A DNA stretch of 63,742 nucleotides, filler included, from Craspedostauros australis (Eukaryota): assembly GCA_030167865.1 (NCBI GenBank). It is 9 parts of 9 records of this genome, joined end to end, with 100 filler letters (N's around TTAATTAATTAA, not from the genome) between each part and the next. Parts side by side here need not be neighbours in the genome. Positions count along the whole stretch, not along the records: positions 1 to 17,805 come from JALAGF010005318.1; positions 17,906 to 33,962 come from JALAGF010005323.1; 7 more parts are not named here. One strand, written 5' to 3'. The notes beneath the pieces were generated by a model, which was given only the letters and a program-made list of their open reading frames with translations, searched no databases and had not been told where the DNA came from. Below, one piece after another: positions 12,521 through 24,607 of this stretch. The stretch's first letter is position 1. The number at the start of each line of letters is the position of its first letter. The position numbers and the translations under genes were made by a program.

Positions 12521-13924
12521 ATGGAAAGAAGCAGAATGACGCAAATGACGAGAAAGGCGCTGTGCCTGCTGCTGCTGACGATGGCGGTGCTGCCGATCGC
12601 AACCCACGGCGCCGTGGAGTCCTACGCACAGACGTTCGGCAGCGGGGGCCAGAAGCAGGAGGTAGTGCGACGCGAACGCAACGTCGATCATTGGGATTCC
12701 GACACTCTGGCCTACTTCCTCGACACGCATCCTGGCTACGATGCCGCCGTCCTCTTTTACGCCCCATGGGACGAGAATTCGCGTCTGCTGGGCAAGATGT
12801 GGGGCCAGATCGCGGGTCTCCTCAACGCCGGGACGTCGGACAGCGGCATCGTCCTGTCCGTCTTCGACTGCGAGCGCGATCACTCACACGTCACGCTGTG
12901 TCAGCAGCTCTCCGTGGCCTACTATCCCACCATCATGTTCATCGGTTCGGGCACGTACCACGACACGGATCCCATCTCGCGCTTCGTCTTCGGCAAGTCC
13001 AAAAGCGCCGGACCCATGGGCGATGCGCCCGTCCCCAACACGGTCAAGTTCCAAGGCAACTGGAATTACGGCGATCCCATCCTCGATTGGATCCGCACCA
13101 TGCAAGGCTTGAGCACGTGGCATCAATGGTCCACGAAAGGTGCCGGCAGGCGTCTGCGCAATCTCTTTTCGCGAAAACAGAAGGAGAATCCGGCACTGCC
13201 CGTGGGCGTCCCGCCCGGTGGTGCAAGCCAGGTGACGACGACGATGTCCGGGAAGGACAGCGCCGAGCTCAAGAACATGCGAAACGAATTGGATACGGCC
13301 AACGCGAAGAAGGAGGCGTTGGAAGGCACGGTCCTGCGTGCCAGCGTCATCCTCGATACCATGCTCAACACGAAGGAACCGCTGGTGGATGTCTTTGCCA
13401 TCCTGCACGAGAACGACGGCTGGAAGGAGCTCGTCGACAAGCGCAACGACGTCCTGCGCTTCTGCGTCCTCGAGACGGCCATGGATTACTGCAAGCGCAT
13501 CACGAATCAGGTCGCCAACGATCTCGTGGAGGAGTTGGAAGGTCAGGATCCGGAGGTGCTGAAAGGTTTGGATATCGAGGCGCTGGAGGCCGATATCTTG
13601 CAACGCATTCAAGATCGCGAAGCGTACTGCAAGGTGCTGGAGGATTGCGTTGCAGCGGATATGCAACCGGCCGAGCAGTGCCAGCCGCAGACGAATCCCT
13701 TCCAGAATCCTGTGGCGTGGCGTTACATGGAAGCCTGTTTGGATTCGGATGTGCAGAAGCAGTACGCGGAGGCGCTCGGCATTGATCCAAGCGACATCGC
13801 TGGTCCGGCGGCGGAGGCGGCCGATGCGGAGGCAGCTGATGCGGAAGCACCAACAGCTACGGAGGCAGAAGCAGAGGCGGCCTCTTCCGAAGCGGGCACA
13901 GCCAAGAAGGGATGGGGCATGTAA
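12521..13924 (+). CDS. Secretory-pathway thioredoxin/PDI-fold protein without CxxC (start may be a downstream Met)
   Basis: Signal peptide ALCLLLLTMAVLPIATHG. VLFYAPWDENS stands where WCxxC would be, followed by FDCE...LCQQLSVAYYPTI. Helical Cys-containing C-terminal half. Confidence 0.82.
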   Translation: MERSRMTQMTRKALCLLLLTMAVLPIATHGAVESYAQTFGSGGQKQEVVRRERNVDHWDSDTLAYFLDTHPGYDAAVLFYAPWDENSRLLGKMWGQIAGLLNAGTSDSGIVLSVFDCERDHSHVTLCQQLSVAYYPTIMFIGSGTYHDTDPISRFVFGKSKSAGPMGDAPVPNTVKFQGNWNYGDPILDWIRTMQGLSTWHQWSTKGAGRRLRNLFSRKQKENPALPVGVPPGGASQVTTTMSGKDSAELKNMRNELDTANAKKEALEGTVLRASVILDTMLNTKEPLVDVFAILHENDGWKELVDKRNDVLRFCVLETAMDYCKRITNQVANDLVEELEGQDPEVLKGLDIEALEADILQRIQDREAYCKVLEDCVAADMQPAEQCQPQTNPFQNPVAWRYMEACLDSDVQKQYAEALGIDPSDIAGPAAEAADAEAADAEAPTATEAEAEAASSEAGTAKKGWGM

Positions 13925-14375
13925 GGCGGTTCTGTCCGCTGCCTCTTCTTGCGTCGGCCTTCCATTGTGCAGTAATCTCGCTGGCGACTATTGCTCCGAG
14001 AAGCGTACAGTAGAGTAGAATACCGCAGTTGTTCAGTTGAAGTGGAGCAAAGGATTCTACTCTATTCTTAATGATAGCTATCAGGAACAAAGCTGACGGA
14101 GATGTTCCCCTGACAACACAGCATTATCATAGTACGAGCTATGCGCACTGTTCGTGCTTGCATGTCTCAATTAGGAGAGGCGAACGCCATCCAGCTGATC
14201 CGATCCGTTCTCTATTATTTGTTCATGTGTCAGGTCTACGGAGCATCTGCAATTGTCCATTTCTGCGCACGTCCACCCCGTCTGCTTGCGTAGTCTCCGC
14301 AATCATCACCACCGATACACCCGTACTCGTATGCATACTCGTATTTACATTCGTATTCATACTCGCACTCGCACC

Positions 14376-14936
14376 CTACTCGTCCTTGTAATCATCTCCA
14401 GCACCGGCCGCAACGACCTGCTTGAGGTCCACCCGAATCTCATGCACATCATCACCACGCAGCGGCGACTTGACGAAGGTGCAGTCCACCTTGTAGTTGA
14501 GCATCTCCAGCGCGCCGCGGATGACGCCGCAGTACAGGATGTTGTACTCCAGATCCTTGTACTGCTCCGGCAGCTCCACGAAGAGCGCCAGCGGGTTGTC
14601 CTGGAAGGTTAATCGGAAGCCATCGCCCGCGTGCTGCACGTCCACCACGATGCCCAGGAACATGCGAAAGGCCGTGCGGCCCAGCACTTCGGCCGTGTCC
14701 TGGAAGCTGCGGCACGAAGCGTTGGACTTGGCCAGGAACTCGTCGATGCAGCGGATGCCGATCGAGTACCCGATGCCCTCCAGCGTCTCGTTGATCTTGG
14801 CGACGTCCTCGTCCGAGTCGCGGATGACCTCCGTCACCAGAGCGCCGTACGTCAGGGCGAACAGCTCCGCGTTGGCCTTCGGCGTCTTGTTCCACAGCGC
14901 TTGGCCCTGGCTTGCCGGGGTGGATGCTTTCGACAT
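14376..14936 (-). CDS. BET3: TRAPP complex subunit Bet3 / TRAPPC3
   Basis: NAELFALTYGALV, GYSIGIRCIDEFLAKS, CRSFQDTAEV, AFRMFLG, NPLALFVELP, CGVIRGALEM. 186 aa is a typical length. Confidence 0.95.
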   Translation of the reverse strand: MSKASTPASQGQALWNKTPKANAELFALTYGALVTEVIRDSDEDVAKINETLEGIGYSIGIRCIDEFLAKSNASCRSFQDTAEVLGRTAFRMFLGIVVDVQHAGDGFRLTFQDNPLALFVELPEQYKDLEYNILYCGVIRGALEMLNYKVDCTFVKSPLRGDDVHEIRVDLKQVVAAGAGDDYKDE

Positions 14937-15099
14937 GTTCTCCTATTGCGAGTATAAGATGATATGATAAAACGTCCTATAATAGTTGTATCCGAATAGC
15001 AGATGTAGACAGGCGCAGAGATGCTCGCGGAGGAGCAAGAAGGTGGGACAACTCCCACCAACAGCGGCCGTCTTTGTTGCGAACAGCATCCCATGCTCA

Positions 15100-15760
15100 T
15101 GGTCGCTTCGTTTCGTCATGTTTCGTGTTGCCCAGATTTTGGATTTGATTTTCATGTGGCGATTACTTCGACCAATTCCATGTCCGACTTGATCGACTTC
15201 CAAATCGCATTGGCATTCGATTTCGTCGACTGAAATATGCACGACTTGGGGAAAGAAGGTCGAATCGTGCACCAGATGGACACGAGAAATGGAGCATTTG
15301 GCATTGAGCAAATGACGATGCCCATGATGCCCATACCGTACATCCACACACAAGTTACAACTCCATAGAGAAATGCACATGGGGCGGCAATAAATCATGC
15401 ATGACGAATTATGGATATTGCTTCCTGCGAGACGTATCGCTGCCATGCTGCGGAGAGTAATGGATTCTCCGTCAATTTCCAGATGTTGGGAACACGACGT
15501 CGACGACGACGACGATGGAAGCAGCGACGGTGACTCCAAGTGATGGTGGACAGCGGTGTGGGAATTGCGTGCGTAAATCCACCATGCCGCATCGCCAACA
15601 ACCTCCCCTTCTTTCTCCATGTCACTTTCCTCGCGAATCATTTGCATCGGAAATTGATCACCATGCTTCTTCATCAATTCCTTTCGTCGTTGACGATGCC
15701 AGGACTGTGCATATTTTCGGTTCGTCATGTTGCGGTCAGCGCCAATCACGCCATTCATAA
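15100..15760 (-). pseudogene. Possible decayed membrane fatty-acid/sphingolipid desaturase fragment
   Basis: KYAQSWHRQRRKELMKKHG resembles the HxxRRKx(I/L)xxK N-terminal motif of DES-type desaturases. FVMHDL (partial His box) lies in another frame near 15400. No continuous frame. Confidence 0.22.
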
Positions 15761-17037
15761 TCGTCCGATTCCTCGAATTTTTATGCATCCAGTGCAGCCT
15801 TCAGATGCAGGATCGGGCATTTGAAAATGCTTCATTCGAAATTCGTGCGTGCCGCGGTCGGCCGTCGGAAATTCTCGCCGATGGCGCAGAGCACGAAGAG
15901 TAGTTGCGGAGTGACGAGATCGTTCCAAAAGGATCGGTATGAGCCTTCCATCTCAGCCTTCATGCGCGCGTGATTCTCACATGTTCGTGCGGTTGTTGCA
16001 GATGCAATTGACCGCAGTTCCAGCGTTTCGTCGCCATTTTGCTTGTCGTAATTCACGTGGTCCGATGCCGTTGTTCGGCATCGTCAACCAAGCAACACTC
16101 GCCCTCACTTGCGCACTCTCATCCATCTTTCATCATGGCAAGATCGACCACAATCGGGATATCGTCAAAGGCGGCCATTCATAGTGTTTGACAATCCGCA
16201 TAATTTGCAATGCTACGAGTAAAAATGATCTGAACTGCTCTGCGCATGTATGGCGGGATCCTGGGCTCAATCCTGGCATTGTGAATTTTCGCGGATTTTC
16301 GTTGTAAAGGCGCCGCTGGCCGCAAGTTGGTGACACGCTTTTGAGAATCAGTCGGGTGGTGTCAACAACGTCAGCAACTGCCATGTGGCACATTCTCTTG
16401 GATTTCGGCAATACGAAAGCAGAGCAGAGTACTCGAACAACTCACCGTATTGGCCAATAGAAGCGCATCATGACTTTGCCATCACTGAGAATCAACGTCA
16501 CCGACATCTTCTCGAAGCGAGAGTGCGGTGGGCGGAAAGATACCCCCGCATCTCGCCCATTTGCAAGACATAAATGAAGCCTCCCATGAATCCGAGATGG
16601 AATGTATTAATTGGCGTCGTCGTCTGTACACATGGCTTACAATGAAGGAGACGGCGCAATGCGTGACCATGTTGGTCGTCGATCGTGACATGGGGGCAGT
16701 TTGATGTGTGGTAATGCACGGGAAGATGTGGCCAGAGCGCTAGCAGACTCTCTTCACGACACTATCGCCGCTTCCTGCAACTCTCAAAATACAAAACAAT
16801 TCGATTTCTTACTTGTGGTTATGTATGGAGGTGATGTCGAGTTCTGACCCAGGCTTGTTGTTTTGTAAGAGCAGAGCGATCGATGTGGTACGTAGGGAAA
16901 CATCCCTGCGCACCCGACCGCTGTCTCAGGTGTGAACTCTGTTCTTGATGTGATCTTCGCCGTGTCGTTGGATGGAAGTGGTGGCGCTGTTTGGGTATGA
17001 CATGGGTGGGGTGGTGTTGGCGTCGGTGTTGGGCCGT

Positions 17038-17805
17038 TTAGAAGACGACCTCTCTCTTGACATGGACATTGGCTCCGGTGATGTCAGTACCAGAGATTGG
17101 CATGTTCACGTTCGCGGTCCAGTCTCCGTCGTTCCACTCAACATCCAAACTGTCATTCGGCTTCAAGGTGGCCGTCAGCTTGCTCTCATCCTCCAAGGTG
17201 CGCTCCCACTCAACAGAAAGATCGCCGTTGCTCGTCAGTGTTGGAGACACACGATCGCGATCGTTGATCTGCTGGGACACGGTGACCTCCTGGTTGTCAG
17301 CGGATGCTGTGAGCTTGATGCCAGTGTTGTCGATCTGGTGATCGATCTCGACCTCCTGGCTCTCGGCAGAAGCGGTGAGCTTGATGCCGGTGCTCTCCAG
17401 CTTGTGGGACACGACGACCTCCTGGCTGTCAGCAGATGCTGTGAGCTTGACATCGGTGGCATCGTTGTTGTATCCGAGCACGACGTCGGCTTGTTCATCG
17501 GCCACGTTGTATCGTGGGTTGATGGTGACACGAGCTCCATCCAGGTCGAGGCCCTTGGTGGCTTCGATGGTCTTGACGGCGTTTCCGCTGCCTCCAGCGG
17601 ATGCTGTGAGGCGGATGGCGAGATCGGCCTCTGAGTTGTCGGCATCGACCTCGAAGTCAGCCGAGTTCATGTCCTGTGCATCGACATCGGCTCTGGCGGA
17701 GACGCCCCATCCAGAGACATCGGTCTTGACCTTTCCCCAGACGGATCGTGGGAGGGATGCGATGTCGCTGGTTGGTCTGACATCGGACTCGAGTCCGTAG
17801 CTGAT
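17038..17805 (-). CDS. Beta-strand-rich, probable beta-barrel/pore-like protein, 5' end cut off by the scaffold end
   Basis: Frame is open from the contig edge (ISYGLESDVRPTSDIASLPRSVWGKVK...) to the stop at 17038. Alternating hydrophobic/polar strands, C-terminal ...VHVKREVVF, three 22-aa internal repeats. Confidence 0.75.
   Translation of the reverse strand: MSYGLESDVRPTSDIASLPRSVWGKVKTDVSGWGVSARADVDAQDMNSADFEVDADNSEADLAIRLTASAGGSGNAVKTIEATKGLDLDGARVTINPRYNVADEQADVVLGYNNDATDVKLTASADSQEVVVSHKLESTGIKLTASAESQEVEIDHQIDNTGIKLTASADNQEVTVSQQINDRDRVSPTLTSNGDLSVEWERTLEDESKLTATLKPNDSLDVEWNDGDWTANVNMPISGTDITGANVHVKREVVF
17265..17455 (-). repeat. Three 66-bp in-frame tandem repeats (KLTASAxxQEV) inside the beta-barrel-like gene
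   Basis: GAGCTTGA(T/C) recurs at 17311, 17377 and 17443, a 66-bp period. Confidence 0.9.
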
Positions 17806-17905
17806 NNNNNNNNNNNNNNNNNNNNNNNNNNNNNNNNNNNNNNNNNNNNTTAATTAATTAANNNNNNNNNNNNNNNNNNNNNNNNNNNNNNNNNNNNNNN
17901 NNNNN
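17806..17905. other. Artificial scaffold linker N44-TTAATTAATTAA-N44 (linker cores also at 34007, 39922, 43999, 45813, 58055, 60261, 62546)
   Basis: The same six-frame-stop 12-mer sits in N runs eight times. Confidence 0.97.
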
Positions 17906-20900
17906 TAGCACAACGCTTTATTCACCTGATTCGTTTTCTGATTAGTCTGTCCTTGTATGTGCTGAAACGATGCTTTACTCCGACACATGCTTTTTGGCAT
18001 AAGAGGGACACACTAGAGAGAACATCAGAGATTCGGTCTGGCCACCACCCGGCAAACATATGATGCCCAATTCGACCTGATATACTTCCCAACTAAACCT
18101 GAAATGACAACACACCCGACGACCTCAAGCATCATCAATGGAATGTGGAATCGACAGAGCCATGGAACGGTGATGAGTGACGTCGACACAGAAGACATCA
18201 TCGCCACATCATGGGTCATCTCCACATCAGAACAAGATCGGATTCGAGGTGCAATGACTGAGAGCTGACCTTGAAGACAACAACACGAGATACAACTCAA
18301 TGAAGATAACATAGAACCAGAAGTCACTCAACCCAAACAGTGTCTTCACTCAACAGCTCGTCACCCTCGTCCTGAAAGACTTGATCTCTCTTGAAGGACT
18401 CGTGTGATTTCGCTGTGTACGATAACGAGATAACAAAAGGTAACATCCGGCAAACACCAACACACATGCTAATCACTGGCACCACACAGAATGCAGAGTG
18501 CAGACGGCTTCCTGAAACAACCAACTGATGAGAAGGCTGCATTCAGCAAGATCCGGGAATACTGTTATTGATCAACAAGTAGTAGGCAGTTTCCAGAAGA
18601 AGCAAAAGGGCTTCCAACCACAGCCAATGAATTCATACATGGCTCAATATCAAGAAGAGTATCTGGCTTCAACCAGGTACTAGTGGACTAGTAGTGAGCT
18701 CCACCACATGACATTTGGCAACCAGTAGTGAAGCAATGAAGAACATTCAGAACAAGGAGCATCCAACCACAACCAGATCCACAGAGAAGATCCAACAGGA
18801 AGCAACCAGCAGCAGAAAAGGATCAAGCATCGAATATACTGCAAAGTAATTGGCAACAATCAAGAAACTACAAATCCCCAACACCAGAGTACCCAACAAA
18901 GACCATAGTACATGCAGCAAAGTATCTCAAATCAATCAACAGATCACTCTGCATCATTTGGCAGAGAGCAGAGCCCACAGGTCACAGCTGCAGAGCCTGC
19001 AGAGCCCGCAGGGCACATAACAGAGAACACCCGACTGAGTTCTGTTGGCTGCAACCAACGAATCAGCAGAGTATTTGGCAACAATCGCTTGTTCTGGTTT
19101 GATTTGTCATCACCTACATCAATGCCACTCATTGATCATTGTGCTCTAATTGATGTTGCTCCTCTGGCATCCCACGGAATNNNNNNNNNNNNNNNNNNNN
19201 NNNNNNNNNNNNNNNNNNNNNNNNNNNNNNCATCACCTACATCAATGCCACTCATTGATCATTGTGCTCTAATTGATGTTGCTCCTCTGGCATCCCACGG
19301 AATGCTGTCTGATGTGGATGCGCACCCGCACACACTACAGATTCTGCGTGGCTCAAATGTCAAACAGCATGAGCATCGTACGATCAACAATTCCATCCAC
19401 AAAATCCATTCCAAACTGTCGCCGCTCGACGCTCCCAAACGCACGAACAAACCAACACAAACGAACACAAATGAATGGGCAGACAAGTGATCACTCCGCA
19501 CAACAAACAAAATCCACAATTCAGCAGCGCAAATCAACCAACAGACAAGCGACCGAATCCACGAATGGCAGAACACACGGAATGGACAAACTGCTGCACC
19601 AATAGATGCCAACCAAACATACGATACCGCTCTTTGCATCCAAAGATCTTTTGCAGCAATGGTCAACTACTGTGCTCATTGGCTAGTCCCCCACAGTCGT
19701 CAATGCCATCAATACCATCAACAACCAACCAAATCCTCCTGCATGTCCAGCGAGAAATGGTGGAATGCATGGTACCATCAATGCGCCAAAGCCATCATGT
19801 CATACCAAAGGATGCCCACCGTGGCTAAATCACAAAGATCATCTGTGCCTGTGTTGTCCCTGAGAGTCCGTACCATTCCTTTCACGCCACTGCCACTGTC
19901 GCACACATGAAAGGATTATCTGAGAACATGATCGTGGGATGCGTGGAGTGCGCAGGGTACCTCCTCGAGGAGCTCTGCAATGGCCATGTCGACAAGCAGT
20001 TCATGAAAAATGTTGCCAAGGACCAAGGCATCCTTGTCTGCATCATCAGGTTGATTTGCGCCAACCTGGATGCAGTTCTTGTCTTCTCATCCATCCAATC
20101 GTGGAGGTTATGCGCTTCCAGTACATGCGCTGGCTTGGAGGTAAGTGTTGACGCACAACCACAGTCGCAGCAACCCATCACCATCACTGTAACAATTGCC
20201 CATCATGCGTTTGTGTGCTGCACTTAAAAAACTTGCACACCAACACAATCACACCCATTCTCTCCTTCTCCTGTTCTCTTCATCCATACTATTCATTCAC
20301 TCCACATCATCCTGATGGGACCAAATGCAATGCAATACACAATCGCAGGGCTTCCAGACAACCTCCAGTTCCTTGTCGCCACAGCCATGCAGCACACAAC
20401 ACACCGCACTCTTCATGCAGCACACAGTACACAGGCCTACTCGTAAGAACTACTTCGCCTCAATCAACACCAACTTCTGTCCATATGCTGGCATCGACCC
20501 AACTGTCGCTACAATCATGCGCAAGCTAGGCGTTGATACCACCATGAACCTCATCAATTTTGCCCACTTTGCAGGAGCATCCTTTCAGAACATGGAAGAG
20601 TCACCAGATGCAGCTTTCCACATGCTGAGAGCAGCATGAAGTGAGCCACTCCCGAGTGCAAAGAGAATCAGCAGAAGAAGATTGCCATCGCCGCCTTCTC
20701 CTTCCCATCCTGCAAGATCAACGTTGATACACAAAAAAAATCATACTCGTTCCCATTCAGCAGCGCAGGTGAATGTGTGTGCTACGTTGGTACGGCAAGA
20801 TATCAGTTGGCAAACAATTCAGATCTATTCTACACAGAAAATCAAAATCATGCAGAGTAGAATAGTAGGGTGCGAGTCGAGCATGCAGCGCACATGATGT

Positions 20901-23900
20901 TGTGACGAATGTAGAAGAGTATGATACGAGATCGCTCAGCAAAAACGTGCGGTGCAAAAAAGGAAGAGTAAGCGAAAATCGAACCGAAGCAAAATCTTAT
21001 CGCAATTGTGTTTTCAGAGTGCCCACAATACATTGCTGCGGCAGAGCATACAAACTTCAAATACCGTCGATTGCATTCGCACCCCAACAACCAGCGTCGC
21101 AAACACACACTTCGAAATGGATTGGCAAACGCTACGCTTCTGAAACCAAAACACACGCGAAAATCAGGTCTGATCTGAACAACGTGGAATGAAGACGTCA
21201 ATTCGAACGTCTGTCCAACCACACGCAACTTTGGCGATGTCACGCACCACGGAACATGTGACATCACACGGTACTTAACGAAAACAAGCACGACGCCATC
21301 GCAGGCTCGACTCCGATTAACGTCCGTAACGTTCAAATGAGCACGAATGATTGTTCTCTACCAAGCTTCCCACCAAGCAAAACACAAAGAAAGCGAAAAT
21401 CAGATAGAAATGGGTTCCACGTGTCGTGACATGAGCCCCCACAATTCAAAGTCTGTCCGCTTGCACCGTATTTTGCCTCTAAAACAGTAAACTGCCACCC
21501 TCATAACTTTATAACTAAGGGCTGGACTCACCATTTACCACCTGCATCATGTTGCCAGAATGATAAAGTATTTAAATGTAGGTTTTGATTTTTATGAGGG
21601 GCCGTACAAGCTTGGGCCAAAATGCATTCTGGATGGACCGCACCGCTTTTCGCTCACACGGGTCATATGGCAGCGATGCGATGGGCCTCAACATGTCGCG
21701 AAACGGAAGCAGGGAGGAAGAAAAGAATGCAAACATGATACCGGAGACTGGCCCCGTACAGCACTCCATCACAATACGACTGCACGCCGTATAGAACCAC
21801 ATCGCTGTCGTCTGATAGCAAGCCAAGTACTAATAGCGATGCAATCTCCGAAGGAACAAACGATCACATCTTGCGCATAGGGTCCCCCAAAACATTGGAA
21901 ACCCCACCAACGCGACGGCAACACGCAAACCTCACGGTCGGAACCCTAGCAAAACTATCCGTCTGCGCGTGCGTACGCCTCTACCCCGTAGATGCCATCC
22001 GAGGTTTAAGCATCCATATCTTTGCAACCACCCCGATCTGGAAGCCCAGACTGACACCATAGTTAGTTTCTCACTTTATTCTATAGGGGTGGGTGGTTTA
22101 TACGCTAAAACGTCATTTAACGTCTTTAACGGCTCTCGATGGCTACTTATGGGTTTATCTGCATCAGGGTCATATAGGATTGGCATGCACTATATCTGCT
22201 TGTGCAATAGAACGCTGTGATGAAGTCACCAGATGTGTCAAGAGATTGAAGGGCTGGATACTGCTCCCACGCTGCCTCCACCTTGTCTACGACTACTCTG
22301 GTCCGCTCTCTACAGTACATACGCACACAGGGATGTTGCCGATGTCATTTATGAGCAGATTAGACGTCCGTGGTTCCATCCACGCTCCGCCATCAACATC
22401 GTTGTTGGTTCATTGCGCAGACAAAGGACGCAAGGCAGCACCATTTTCACAAGCCGTGCGGTCGTCACAGGGCGGTCGTCACCATGCCGCCGGATTCGCA
22501 CACATAGCACTCTACTCCAAGTCACACTGCCAAGCAGATGCAAAGCGACAGTGCCGATGCCAGCCGATCCAAGTTTCTGGAAGAGGCGATCTACGAAGAG
22601 CACATGGCGACCAAGGCAGAGGGAAATGATGGGAAGCCGCGAGGGGCATGGTTGTTGCACGGTTCCATCGACCGTCCTGTGTCGCGCTATCGACCTCATC
22701 TCTCCATGAGTTGCATTCCCACCATTGTGCCAAAACTGCAGTCAAGACCCTTACCAATCCCCAGGAGGAGTGATCACTCATTGTTGGAGTAACAAATGCA
22801 GGGGTCACCATCCATTCCAATCTTCGAAGCGACCAGTGCCAGTGTGGCGGAAACACAAGAACCGACGAGCTAGCGCAGTCCAAACATCCAGAGAGCTTGA
22901 CGAGCAAAAGAAGAAACCAACGAATCAACCAACCAACCAACGATCAACCCCATGCAGAGTGCGAGTGCCGTATTGCGGATCATGGTTGACACAGAGTTCC
23001 ATACAGCACAAGAATCATGCGGTCAGCAATCCATGGCCCATGCGCACAATATACCCACATGTCCTCCTTCGTGGTGCTCCCAACTTCGTTGATGAGGCGA
23101 ATGTTCCTGTCGATCGCCTCGGTTGAGCATCGATGCTCTGGAAGTCACGATCCAAGACAGTGGCGCTCATGCCTCTGGATAGAACTCGCACGGTATCGCA
23201 TGTTGGTGGTCCGTGCGGCAGGAACAGTGGAGGCGGCACAGTATCACTCAGCTTGTTGATTGCTGAACCTTTCAACCCATCCCAATACGCCATGTGATGT
23301 TGGTTGGATGTTGAGGACTCTTGTTGCCTGCGCGGATGATGGTGGTTGCAATGTGGTGGGATGGCAACCAGCCAAATCCAAATGAGGTGGGTTGCAACGA
23401 ACAAAGGCAGTCGCATCGGTGGCTTCATCGGTGGTTTCATCGCTGTTCAAGGCATTGGTTCACATCTCAAGTTGGTGCTTGCGATGGCAGGCGGACAAGG
23501 GTCAGCGGTCTTGCAGATGCCACGATGACGCAAGCAAGCGTGGGTCATGGTGTACATGGTGGTGGTGGTGGCAGCTCCCTCTGTCTCTCTGTATCTCTGT
23601 ATCTCTGCCTCCGAAGACTTCCACGTTGTTTGCTTCGAATTGAAGTGGCGTTGATTGTGACTGAAGTTGGGTTGTTGGAGGCAGCCCCAAACCACAACAC
23701 TGTTCAGACTGATGGAAACACTCAACGATCATTTCGAACCATTGGCGTGTCACCATCAACGATCTCTCGCATTCGTTGTGCTTCGACAGATGTCCAAACA
23801 ATCGTTGATCTTCTGCGATGTGTTGGTACAGCTGTCACGAAAGTGCCGACAGATGGCGCGGAACCACAGAAAGCCAATGACGTCAGTCGCAGGTGCAACA

Positions 23901-24607
23901 CAACGGCTGGCAGCCACCAGCACCAAGCCAGCAAACCACAACAAGACAGCAAACCACACCAAGACAGCAAAACAGACCAAAACAGCCGAACACAACACCC
24001 GGTCATAATTCCTGTTTAATTTATCTGGTTACAACCCCATCAACAACCGTACTGCTGTTCATCTGGATCGACCTTCGGCTCATCGCCGAGTAGCGACCGG
24101 TGACACAGCTCTTGCTTCAACACGATGATCTTACTCATAGTCGTATCAGTCGAAGATTCTCGTTTTCGACAATGCCACACAACAGAACCCTGTTGTTGTC
24201 AGAACCCTCTGTTGTCTTCCTTCTTGTTGTTGTTCTTGTAGTCGTAGAAGTACATACTCGTGATGGATGGGAACAGGAGGATCCAAGCCGCACGAACCAG
24301 AGAGGGGTGCGATCAAGAGAAGGAGGCAAACACGATGATGCTTGTGTGCAAAGAGAGAAAGAGAGGACATGTGCGAACAAGACAACAACACACACCACTC
24401 AACCCCATACTCGAGCACATCAACAACAGACATCGAATTGCCACTCATACTACTATTCATCACGCAGTGTATGACACACGTACTACTACAATCTATTGAA
24501 GACACACCATCGATATCTCTGCCAAAGGTATAATAGCTCAGACTGCACACTTCCTCGACAGCCAATCCAACGCCAATCATCCAGCAACCATTGACCATCC
24601 TCTCAAA

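Noticed and set aside
9667..13785. Long antisense or alternative-frame ORFs over real genes (e.g. 10402..11676, 12562..13785; also 3114..4307 and 58063..59838)
   Set aside because: Expected shadows of GC3-rich coding sequence, with no recognisable motifs.
13900..13924. C-terminal KKGWGM as an ER-retrieval dilysine signal
   Set aside because: The lysines are at -6/-5 rather than -4/-3 or -5/-3, and there is no preceding TM helix.
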